Below, one piece after another: positions 14,126 to 25,099 of a DNA stretch of 64,000 bases (the stretch's first letter is position 1; the number at the start of each line of letters is the position of its first letter). A program made the translations under genes and the position numbers. Under the pieces are notes generated by a model that made no database searches, was not told the origin of the DNA, and saw only the letters and a list, made by a program, of their open reading frames with translations. The stretch spans positions 60,822,001 through 60,886,000 of the forward strand of contig OX597827.1 of assembly GCA_951406725.2 (NCBI GenBank). The letters are read 5' to 3'. This stretch comes from Octopus vulgaris (lineage: Eukaryota).

Positions 14126-14410
14126 TTTCCTGTATTTACATAATATTGAGGTCTCTTTCTTTCTTTTGTTATCTTACTGTTTTTACCAATATACATATAT
14201 ATATATATATATAGTTACAGAGATGTACTTGCATAGCAAGTGACTTGATCTGAGATCGTGTGCTGGAACGAAAACAGTTGCAGCGTTGAAGGTGTTTATA
14301 AGCCATTTAAGAAACACACAAAAACCGTTAGATTCACTTCAACATTTAAATTTAATTTGTCAAAATATTTTCGTCGCTTTGAGACCGCGACCTGTTAGCA
14401 CGATATTTTT

Positions 14411-14455
14411 GTCAGTGAACAGGTCGCGGTCTGAAAGCGACGAAAATATTTTGGC
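14411..14455 (+). ncRNA. Minimal hammerhead-like motif with G3:C8 core variant
   Basis: GTCA / GTGAACA-G / GTCGC-loop-GCGAC / GAAA-ATAT-T-T / TGGC. Palindromic AATATT stem III. Confidence 0.55.
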
Positions 14456-14892
14456 AAATTAAATTTAAATGTTGAAGTGAATGTAACGGTTTTTGTGTGT
14501 TTCTTAAATGGCTTACAAACACCTTCCACGCTGCAATATATATATACACACATATATATATATGTATGTATGTATGTATGTGTGTATATGTGTATGCATG
14601 TATGTGTGTGTGTGTGCGTGTCTGTGCTTGTGATTGTCCTCCACCACTGCTTGACAACGAATGTTGGTTTGTTTACATCCCTGTCACCTAGTGGTTTGAC
14701 AAAGGAAACAGATAGAATAAGTACAATGCTTACAAAAATAAAACTGGAGTTGATTCATTAAACTACAATTCTTCAAGGCATTGCCCCAGCATGGCCACAG
14801 ACCAATGGCTGGAAAAAGCAGAAGAATAAAAGAATACATTCTCTGCTTTGTTGAAGGCATGAGAAAGCTTGAGTTTACATGAGAAGGCCTAA

Positions 14893-15375
14893 CAGACCTG
14901 GTAGAAACAGCAGCCAAATCTCCCTCAAATCACACCTTACTGTCTTATGTATGTATATATATATGAGCCAATGAGGGGGACCTCTACATGGTAGCTAGAC
15001 CTGGTAGAAATAGCAGCCAAATTTCCCCCAAATCACACCTTACTGTCTTATCTATGTATATATGTATGTATGAGCCTATGAGGGAGACCCCTACATGGCA
15101 GCTAGACCTGGTAGAAATAGCAGCCAAATTTCCCCCAAATCACACCTTACTGTCTTATCTATGTATATATGTATGTATGAGCCTATGAGGGAGACCCCTA
15201 CATGGCAGCTAGACCTGGTAGAAATAGCAGCCAAATTTCCCCCAAATCACACCTTACTGTCTTATCTATGTATATATGTATGTATGAGCCTATGAGGGAG
15301 ACCCCTACATGGCAGCTAGACATGGTAGAAATAGCAGCCAAATCTCCCTCAAATCACACCTTACTGTCTTATCTT
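14893..15375. repeat. Minisatellite, 107-bp unit, about 4.5 copies
   Basis: GACCTGGTAGAAATAGCAGCCAAAT..CACACCTTACTGTCTTA unit; ORF starts 14988, 15095, 15202 and 15309 are 107 bp apart. Confidence 0.95.
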
Positions 15376-17884
15376 TCTGCTACTTGGATATAGGTGTTAT
15401 ATTCGTCGTAAAAAACTTTCCTGTCACACACTCACGCACACGCACACACACACACACGCACCCTCACACACACACACACACGCACGTTAGCTTACAATTT
15501 TATTTATATATTTGCGTGTCTGTGTGGAAAGAGGAAGTGGGAGGCAGAGTGAAAGAATCACTCACTACAGTAAGTCAATTACTTTCATTTTATTCGTTGC
15601 CCACTGTGTGTGTGCGTTTGCGTGTGGTGTAAACCAGACTAAGAAAAGCATTTGACACACACACCAGAATGTGAGTTTTCTGTAAATTTTGCTTAATTGG
15701 AGTTTAAATTTTAAAAACTGGACCTGGCATGACGTGATGCATTGTACTCTCAAAAATGCCAGGTAAATTGTAATTGAAGAAATCCTATATTGTAGATTTG
15801 TATAACTCCCAAAGGGAGGAAGATAAAATCTGCCTTTTATAATATGAGATACACTGCCTTTGTTTCAATTTATTCAAACTTAGTTGAAGCTGGTGTTTGG
15901 AACATAAATTCACATCAACTTTTGATGGAAAGTTTTAATTTAGGTCACTTTGAAAAGGAGTTTATATCTCAGACGCCCAGGTTCAGTGTCAGACAGACTG
16001 GAATTAAAGGTGTAAGCATTCAGGGCAAGGTCTCTGATCTGAAGAGAACTTATTCCTTCCAGTTCCAAAAGCTGGAAAGTGTTACAGAAGCTTTCCTTTA
16101 TCTTCAAAGCCAAAAAAGACAAAAAAAAAACCCAGTTCAAATGCAAATGATGAGCAGTTTTGTATGTCAAAAGAAGGAAAGAGGTACAGCTTTGTGGTTA
16201 AAAAATTTGCTTCACAACCACATAATTTTGAGTTCAGTCCCACTGCATGTCACTTTGGGAAAGTGTCTTCTACTATAACCCCAAGCTGACCAAAACTTGG
16301 TGAGTGAATTTGGTAAGTGGAAGCTAAAAGAAGCCTGTCACATATGTGCATGAGTGTGTGTTTTCTTGTCTTGATATCACTTGTTAATTGCTGGCAAACT
16401 TCACTGCCATACAAACAGTGACATTTGTTTGCAGTCCTCTAGGAAACAGTGTTTATTTAGATTAGAGAAAGATATTAGGTTGTTTGGAAACAGGTGAGGG
16501 TTGGTGACAGGAAGATCATCTGCCTGTAGAAATCTGAATCTCATCGAACCTATGCAGGCATAGAAAAGTAGATGTTGAAACAATTATGATGCTCAAACCA
16601 TAGTCCTGTATATATATATATATATATATAGACACATACATACATACATACAGATACATTTTTTATATATATATATATATCTTCAGCATCATCATTTACC
16701 ATCTACTTTCTATGTTGGCATGGGTTAGATAGTTCCAGTCTAATGGGTGCTTTTTGCGAGCCACTGGCACAAGTGCCATTTACATGACACCAGTAATGCC
16801 CATGACTACAATCTCACAGGCGTCAGGGTGCCATTTTCATGACACCAACAATGATCATAACCACGGTTCCACAGGTGCCATATATATTTCCTTTACATAT
16901 CAGTATTTTTTAAACACTGACTGTAGATCTTTCCCCGTTTCATTTCCACAGAGCATCATACTTTTACATACACCTCTAACAATATGACTTGTACAAGGAA
17001 AGAAAAATCTTTGGCAACCAGTATAGACATTACTTGGCTGAAATTCTTCCAATTCTTTTGGGTTCTCTCACAAACTTTTTTTTTATCAGTCTACTGATAT
17101 CAAATTCATCCCATCATGCAGTTCTTGTTGCAGTATACCTCAATGACCCTTAGAGTTACACATGCAGATCACAAGCTCCATATTGGGCCTTCCATACTGG
17201 ACAGGTCAAGGGATAAAGGCCAGACTAATATGGATCGCCTTTTCCCCAAGGTAAATGGTAAAGACCCCTTTCAGTCATCAATGACCATGGGGTAGCACTT
17301 AGAAAGTTCCCCTCTGAGGCACAATTCACCTGTGCATGCCAGTCTCCAAGGCACAAGACCAGCTGTCACCCATGCAAACCAGCCTTCCTTCACCATACCA
17401 CCGATGTTGTCCTAAGTAAAGGCAAAGGCCGATACAGCTTGGCACTAGTGACGTCACAACTCATTTCTACAGCTGAGTGAACTGGAGCAACGTGAAATGA
17501 AGTATCTTGCTCAAGAACACAACACACAGCCTCGTCCAGGAATCAAACTCACTACCTAATAATTGTAAGCCCATAAAAATAGGTTTTAAAAACAAAAGTG
17601 TTTCTTTTTAATTAAAAAAAAATTTTTTTTTTTCATCATTATCATCGTTTAACGTTCGCTTTCCATGCTAGCTTGGGTTGGACGATCTGACCGAGGACTG
17701 GTGAACCAGATGGCTGTACCATGCTCCAATCTGATGCAGCCATCTGGTTCGCTAGTCCTCTGTCAAATCATCCAACCTATGCTAGCATGGAAAGCGGATG
17801 TTAAACGATGATGATGATGATGAAAAAAAATCATCAACATTGTTTAACGTCCGCTTTCCATTTTACTAAAAATAGAAGACTTAC

Positions 17885-18010
17885 CATTTTCCTTGCATCA
17901 TGTATCTGTAATAGGCAAAGTTGGAGGCTGCTTGGGGTTGATACATTTGGATAGACAGCAAAACTATCAGAGTGTTCAATGCCTCCAGATGCAAAGCATA
18001 AGAGAAATTC
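17885..18010 (-). CDS. DYM: Dymeclin coding exon 5 (NFSYALHLEALNTLIVLLSIQMYQPQAASNFAYYRYMMQGK)
   Basis: CAG acceptor 18011-18013, GTAAGT donor. 126 nt, phase 2 to 2. Resembles TYEISVEAISTMVVFLSCQLF..KYLMRG. Confidence 0.92.
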
Positions 18011-19353
18011 CTGTAGGAAGATAACAAAACAGGGTTACATATCTGGAATGGTGATCACGGTATTTAAATGATATTTTGTTTAATTGTAAGAAATATAATA
18101 AATCTACACATCTTCAATGCAATGTTGTATTTACTTATTAATTTCCTTCTCAACAGGTGCAAGTATGGCTGTGTGGTTGAAAAGGTTGCATTGGCCACAA
18201 CTACGATTTCACTTGGCTTGATGAGTCTTCTCAAGCACGGCATATCGCCAAAGGTTTCAGTCACTGCCATGAGGCCTAATGTTTGAAGGGTGCTTTTTAT
18301 GTGCCTGTTACATGACACCAGCATTGGCCACAACTACGGCTTCACTTGGCTTGACGGGTCATCTCAAGCACAGCATATTACATATTACCAAAGGTTTCAG
18401 TCAATTGTCATTGCCTCTGTGAGGCCCAATGTTTGAAGATCATGCTTCACCACTTCATTCCATGTCTTCTTGGGTCTACCTCTTCCACAAGTTCCTTCCA
18501 CCGTTAGAGATCAGCACTTTTTTACACAGTTGTCCTCATTAATCATGCCTCATCTCTTAGCACTGAAATTTCAATGATGTGATGGTATATTTTTAGAATG
18601 ACATTGTAGAGTAGGTGTGAGAAGCCAGATCTGGTCAGTTTGAGCATAAAACAGGTAGAGTGTTTGCATCAGATATGGCCTGTTTGATCATTATCCTCAT
18701 CATCATCACAATCACCATCATCATCATCATCATTAACATTTAACATCCGTTGTCCATGCTGTCATGGGTTGGATGGTTTGACTGGGCTGGCATGCTGGAA
18801 GGCTGTGCCAGGATCCAGTCTGATTTGGCATGGTTTTCTGCAGCTGGATACCCTTCCTATCGCCAACCACTCCAAGACAGTAATGGGTGCTTTTATGTTC
18901 TACCAGCACAGGTGTCATTTGCACGACACTGGTATCTTATTTCTTTATTGCCCACAAGGGGCTAAACATAGAGGGGACAAACAAGGACAGACAAAGGGAT
19001 TAAGTCGATTAAGTCGACCCCAGTGCATAACTGGTACTTAATTTATCAACCCCGAAAGTATGAAAGGCAAATTTGACCTCGGCAGAATACGAACTCAGAA
19101 CGTAAAGACAGATGAAATACCGCAAAGCATTTTGCCCGGTATGCTAACATTTCTGCCAGCTTGTCACCATTTGCACGACACTGGTATCTGCTACGACTGC
19201 AATTTTGCTAGGCTTGATGGGTCTTCTTCTCAAGCATGACATAATGCCAAAGGTCTTGATAATTGCCTGCAATCGTTAATCATGTATAACACAGCCACCC
19301 ACTTAGCCATTAAAACTGAATATGATAGTCAACAAAAAAAAATGGTTACTCAC

Positions 19354-19435
19354 ACAACTGGAACGTCGACAAGCAATTCCACAAGAGAGTTCATTAACTT
19401 CTCTGCAAGAGGAGTGTCGTCATCTGAATCACATT
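19354..19435 (-). CDS. DYM: Dymeclin coding exon 4 (ECDSDDDTPLAEKLMNSLVELLVDVPVV)
   Basis: TTCAG acceptor (CAG 19436-19438), with an alternative in-frame acceptor starting the exon at 19423; GTGAGT donor. 82 nt, phases fit both neighbours. Resembles LEELLCCLMQLITDIP. Confidence 0.85.
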
Positions 19436-19731
19436 CTGAAGAATAAGAAATTGGATGTCAAATATTTGGAAATATACAACAATCTGCAAGAACTTGTAAA
19501 TTTCAGATATGGCATGTAAACTTCACAACATGAAAACCAAAATGAGTTGCTAGAATCATTTGTGAGTTGGGCAAAATGCTTAGTAGCATTTCCACCAGCT
19601 CTGTATGTTCTGGGTTCAAATTCCACCGAGACAGATTTTACCTTTCATACCTTTGGTGAGAGATAAAATAAGTACTATTATTGACATTATTTACAATTCA
19701 CGGATATTTGTCCTCATCTTGTTTGTTGTGA

Positions 19732-19775
19732 ACACAATGTTTCGGCTATTATACCCTCTAGCCTTCATCAGATGT
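19732..19775 (-). ncRNA. Minimal hammerhead motif
   Basis: ACAT / CTGATGA-A / GGCTA..TAGCC / GAAA-CA-TT / GTGT. The partner arm at 20041 retains GAAACGT, so ACAT here is probably CpG decay. Confidence 0.55.
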
Positions 19776-20788
19776 CTTGGGAAAATTTCGAACCTGAGTT
19801 CTCATTCCTAAGATATTTTTCGTTGTTGTTATTATTATTATTATTGCTCAGGTCATTGCTTGGAATTGAACTCGGAATCTTGGGGTTAAGAGCGCGGGCT
19901 ACTAACGCCAAGATTCTGAGTTCAACTCCAAGCAGTGACCTCAACAATAACAACAGCAGCAGCAGCAGCAATGAAAAATACCTTAGGAATAAGAACCCAG
20001 GTTTGAAATTTCCCCAAGAGACCTGGAGGGTATATCAGCCGAAACGTGTTAACAACAAACAAGATGGGGACAAATATCCGTCAATTATAAATAATGTACA
20101 TAATTCGTCATCTCTTAAATATAGAACTGTATTAAAATAAGTAACAGTTGAACACTGGGGTTGATTACATTAACCTCCTTTAAAACTGTTGACCTTGTGC
20201 TGAAATTTAAAACGATAATGTTCCAAAATTCTAATTAGAATGAATGGAACTATCTATTTCTTATTTCTTTACTGGACAGACAAACGGATTAAGTCGATTA
20301 TATCGACCCCAGTGCATAACTGGTACTTGATTTATCGACCCAGAAAGGATGAAAAGCAAAGTTGACCTCGGCGGAATTTGAACTCAGAACATAACGGCAG
20401 ACGAAATACTGCTAAGAATTTCACCTGGCGTGCTAACGTTTCTGCCAGAAATATGTATTTCTATTAGAGTAAGTGTGTGTGTATGTGTGTGTGTGTGTGT
20501 GTGTATGCGTGCGTGCTCATATGCTGATATGGGTTGGATGGGTCAACAGGACTGTATTGAGATCCAGTGTCTGCTTTGCAATGGTTTATTCTATGGCTGG
20601 TTGCTAACACCAACCCTTGGGTGCTTTTTTTTTTGTTTTTCATGGCATTTTTCCAAAAATTAATTGAAACAAAGACACTGTAAATTCAAAAGAAACATAA
20701 TAATAAAAAGGTTTGAAAATTCACCTTTATACATTTTTACAGATTTTAAACAAAAATACACAAGGCAAAGGAAAATATGTTTGTTTAC

Positions 20789-20916
20789 CTGCTTCAGCTG
20801 AGTTGACAGAGTCAAACTGCTGTGTTATGAGTTCTTCGCTGAGATTTTCAACAAAATACTTGCATAAACTCCTGATGATAAACAGAGCATTGTAGGTTTG
20901 CCAAGTGAATATATTA
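20789..20916 (-). CDS. DYM: Dymeclin coding exon 3 (DNIFTWQTYNALFIIRSLCKYFVENLSEELITQQFDSVNSAEA)
   Basis: CAG acceptor 20917-20919, G|GTAAAC donor. 128 nt, cumulative 415. WQTxNALFII motif. Confidence 0.95.
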
Positions 20917-22023
20917 CTGAAAGAGAAACAAAGAATTTCATTTTTATGCTGTGTCTTGAGTGAATTGTAACCTATGGTCACATCATCATCATACTCTTTT
21001 ACTTGTTTCAGTCATTTGACTGTGGCCATGCTTGAGCACTGCCTCTAGTCGAGCAAATCGACCCCAGGATTTATTCTTTGGAAGCCTGGTACTTATTCTA
21101 TTGGTCTCTTTTGCCGAACCGCTAAGTTACAGGGGCATAAACACACCAGCATCAGTTGTCAAGCAATGTTGGGGGGACAAACACAGACACACAAACATAC
21201 ACACACATTTATATCATCATCATCATCTTCGCTTAACGTCAGTTTTCCATGCTAGCATGGGTTGGATGGTTCGACCGGGGTCTGGGAAGCCAGGAGGTTG
21301 CACCAAGCTCCAGTCTGATCTGGCAGTGTTTCTACAGCTGGATGCCCTTCCTAACGCCAACCACTCCGTGAGTGTAGTGGGTGCTTTTTTTTTTACAGGG
21401 ACCAGAGCAGGCTGGCAAACGGCCATGATCGGCTGGTGCTTTTACGTGTCACCGACACGGACGCCAGTCAGGCGGCGCAGACGGGCTTCTTTCAGTTTCC
21501 GTCTACCAAATCCACTCACAAGGCTTTGGTCGGCCCAAGGCTATAGTAGAAGACACGGTTGATTTAGGGTCCAGGATCACAGAGTGGGAGGTGTGCCTAT
21601 TAGGTTTCCTGTTACTGTAAAATTTGGGGGGATAGGGTGACAGAGGAATTTACAACCTTCTACATCAATAAACCACTACTGTTCCTGAAAGTTGTCTTTT
21701 TATACCGTCTATAGACTGCTCGAAGCTTACTAACTTCCTACATCTTAATCCTTGGATCCTACCATTACATATTATGTGTGTGTATGTGTGTACACACACA
21801 CACACAATGGGTTTCCATATATATATGTCTGTATGTGTGGGTGGGTGAATGTGTGCATTTGTGTCTACTTGTCTTGACAGCATGTTATTGTAAACGAATG
21901 TCATTCATTTCCAATATTCTGTGAAAATGTGTGTGACATAGAAAATATTACCTTACTTGGCAAAATATTACAATACATGGAAAATTGATGTTATGATGAT
22001 GATGATATCAAAACATTTATTAA

Positions 22024-22244
22024 CCCTTTCATTACCAACCCGGCTGAAACCGGCTCTGACTCTAAGTATAAATGTCTTGTTTTCATAGGTTTTGAATTAA
22101 AACTTTTCCTCCAAACCTTAGTCACAATTTATGTTCCTAACACTAGCTTAATGACAACTAAGTTATTTTACTAAATTCTTTGTTATATTTAAAATAAATG
22201 AAAGAAATACAGAGCATCTCAAAAGAAATACAGTAACGAAAGGG
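22024..22244. mobile_element. piggyBac-type MITE; related copies 36228-36350 (truncated) and 38078-38300; related longer element about 3848-4268
   Basis: TTAA-CCCTTTCATTAC .. GTAACGAAAGGG-TTAA: TIRs with CCC/GGG ends and TTAA duplication. Confidence 0.85.
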
Positions 22245-22267
22245 TTAAAGAAACAATTCCTACTTAC

Positions 22268-22414
22268 TCTTCACATTGTGTTGACGCCTTCAGTTCTGTG
22301 GCCCTGACAATAAAGTTACGAACCAAAGCACCAAAATTGCCAGTCTGGAAGTTGTTGATGGCTAAATTTTTACATATTGATGAAGTAGATTCCTCCAAGA
22401 GCCTGGCGTCTGCA
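22268..22414 (-). CDS. DYM: Dymeclin coding exon 2 (SADARLLEESTSSICKNLAINNFQTGNFGALVRNFIVRATELKASTQCE)
   Basis: TAG acceptor 22415-22417, GTAAGT donor. 147 nt, cumulative 287. Aligns by eye to dymeclin [32 protein letters not shown]; the Glu of ATELK falls at residue 87, as I recall for human DYM. Confidence 0.95.
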
Positions 22415-22757
22415 CTAAAATAATAAAAACAAATATAAAATAAATACAGGAAGCTATCTACAAAGAAAGACATGAACAAGACAAGGTAAAAAAAAATATA
22501 AATAAAAACATACTGAATTATAAGGGTTTGCTTGTTTGGTGGAATTGGTTGACATCTCTTAGTTGCAATGGATACTTAGTATTCAATTTCATGGCTGGGG
22601 AAGAACTGGAGTGGGGGCGGAATTAGAGGGTTTATTCTCTCAGCAATGTGGACACAAGAGAATCTACAGAACCAGTTTCCAATGACAGACAACTGCTTGT
22701 AACAACAAAATCTACAGATCTGGGAGTCAATGAACAGTTAATTTTATATACTTTATA

Positions 22758-22883
22758 ATCTCTGACGAAGCCTTGAGATATATATATAAGTAACTCATTT
22801 TTAACTGCATATTACCTCAATACATCTGACTAATACAGGCACAATGAGATACTTTTATCTACAGGCTGAAACAGCTGTAAGAT
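22758..22883 (+). ncRNA. Type I hammerhead motif, canonical core, long loop 2
   Basis: ATCT / CTGACGA / AGCCT(TGAGATA)..~75 nt..(TATCTAC)AGGCT / GAAAC-AGCT-GT-A / AGAT. Predicted cleavage after 22879. Confidence 0.75.
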
Positions 22884-23232
22884 CCATTTTATGTGTATTA
22901 TTTTTATGGTATTATCTTACTTACTGATGTATATTGTTTTATTCTGTTAGATTTGGATGTTACTATTTGAGTAGTTAATAAATAATATGAATTGGTAATA
23001 TCTGTAAGTCGATGATTGAAAGGAATCTGTTACTCCATTTTCTTATTTGTATTATACACACACATATATATATATATATATATAGCCTGAACAGGATAAG
23101 CTACCACTATTTTGCAGAAAAAAGTGTTGGCGGCTGGCTAAGAGAGTCTGTGGTGGTTATGAGCTTCATAACCACACAGCCATACACCTGCACAAAGCAA
23201 CAAAGGAAAATATATATAGTTTTATACTTTAC

Positions 23233-23372
23233 CTGGATGATGGGGAGAGGAAAGAAAAAGATAACAACTGGTTCCAGAAGGGGTCAATTGATGACAGAGA
23301 TTTATTTCCTGACAATTGTTTCAAGTAGTCATTGGTGGGAAGATCACTGAAGCTACTCCCAGCTGCTCCCAT
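23233..23372 (-). CDS. DYM: Dymeclin coding exon 1 (MGAAGSSFSDLPTNDYLKQLSGNKSLSSIDPFWNQLLSFSFLSPSS); exon extends as 5' UTR to 23413
   Basis: Manual translation of the reverse strand matches the dymeclin N-terminus (DPFWNQLLSFSF motif; MGxxxS myristoylation consensus). CAG acceptor at 23414-23416, AG|GTAAAG donor at 23231-23232. 140 nt, phase 2. Absent from the ORF track. Confidence 0.95.
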
Positions 23373-23544
23373 AATTCAAAACACAAAAGTTGAGCAATCA
23401 ACAGGACATAGATCTGAAAAATTTAAGTAAAAAATAAAAATTATTATTATCATTATCAATATTATCATTATTATTATTATCATTATTATTATTATTATTA
23501 TCATTATTATTGTTATTATCATTATCAATATTATTATTATTATT

Positions 23545-24025
23545 GAGTGAGAGAGCAGTTCATGCCATCAAAGTGACACTGGGGTAAAATATACGAAGCC
23601 CAATATACCCATCATGACTACCCGTCTGATAAAGGTACACCAGGTACATGCATCACAACCATATGTGCGCGACATGGTGATCTCATATCAAGATAAACAG
23701 CGCATGACCTTGCAGGTGGGGCCCAGTTGGAATTTTCTTCAGGTTGAGTAGCCCATCCCGCTCAAAAGGTCCCTGAATAAGGATTGTTTAAGGATGTTGG
23801 ACGAAACACCCATGTTTCCAGAGGTGAATTATTCAAACCCCAAAGAATCCCCCACTACTTCTGCTCGTGATCAGAGATGCACATATTGTCAGCCACTAAG
23901 GGACATGCTCAACTGATTAAGGTCAAACAACTGACAAGCAAATCTGTGGTATTGAGCAGAATATTTGCTGTAGCCAATCTTTTATACCAAGACAAAACAA
24001 TGTACATGATAACACTTCCAATCAG

Positions 24026-24027
<2 letters not shown>
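23545..24027. mobile_element. ~480-bp element embedded in (ATT)n, possibly a Dong/R4-derived non-coding end
   Basis: Complex sequence bounded on both sides by long ATT tracts (23440-23544, 24027-24098). Dong elements target TAA repeats; no coding motif seen. Confidence 0.4.
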
Positions 24028-24060
<33 letters not shown>

Positions 24061-24119
24061 CATTATCAATATTATTACTATTATTATTATTATTATTAGG
24101 TCATCTATTGGAACCATTC

Positions 24120-24520
24120 AACATCATGTGTTTGGTCTGTCAAGTGTGTCCACTCTTGTTCCTTCTGTATGTATTGACTCTCGAGCCATTACTTTGGAAA
24201 CAGGAGACACTGAGAGGCACTTTGCATGAACTAGGATGTAGCAGAGTTGTGTTGGCATACGCAGATGATGTCACCATCATAGTGTCGGACAACAAGCACA
24301 TAGACCTGGTCAGCACTGCTGTGAAAGAATGCAAGGAAGTAACAGGGGGAAAGATTAATCCAGAAAAGTCGGTGGGCCTGCAGCTGAGCACCTGCAGAGG
24401 CAGATCCATGCATTGTAGAATGTTGGATGGTTGGGCCCATAAAATTGCTCGGGGTCTGTAGCAAGTTTGCTGAAAGGTGGATGAATGTTGGAAGAATGGC
24501 CAGTGTGAAAGGACCAATTC
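24120..24520 (+). mobile_element. Tx1/L1-like RT fragment
   Basis: CPLLFLLYVLTLEPLL, AYADDVT, KINPEKSVGL. Confidence 0.75.
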
Positions 24521-25099
24521 TGAGCATGCACCTCTAAAAAAAAAACAAAAGAAGGGCTCTTGCCCTGTTATTCAGGCACCCATGGCTTTTCAGGGTTTTT
24601 CCATGAGGACCTTAAAGCGCTTCCCCTATTGGAAGTTTTAACTTGTTCAATTTTTATTGTTATTATACTGTGTACATGCGAAAACCTATTGTATCATCCC
24701 GTTTTTGTCTTTTATGTTGTTATATATCTTTTAATGTAATTTTATGTGAGCCCTTGTGGCTAATAAAAAAATAAATTATTATTGTTACTAACTAGCTGAC
24801 CCTGTGCAGTCAAAAATGACGGCTAATTGTAGTATTTTATATATAAAAAGGGTACGAAAAGGTGAGAAAAAAAATCAACCAGTGCTTCTACTCTGTGTGT
24901 GTGTGTGTGTGTGTGCACATGCATGTGTGCATATGTATACATTTATAGGTATGAGTAGCATAGTCTGTAGCAAATGTGGTTTTCTATAATTTGTCACAGC
25001 CCACTTCCTTCCTTTTTAAGTGTGTCTGTTTATATATATGTATGTGTAAAAAGCACATGTGTCTGTAATTCTATTTTCTATGTATCTTTTTATATGAAA

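Noticed and set aside
14358-14400. Second G3:C8 hammerhead in the left arm of the fold-back
   Set aside because: The stem I 5' strand and the start of the core are replaced (TGCTAACAG), so the motif is incomplete.
14893-15375. CRISPR-like array
   Set aside because: Whole units repeat with no unique spacers, there are no cas genes, and the context is a eukaryotic intron.
15844-16278. 144-aa ORF as a gene
   Set aside because: Composite of MITE and SINE fragments, no recognisable domain, antisense in a DYM intron.
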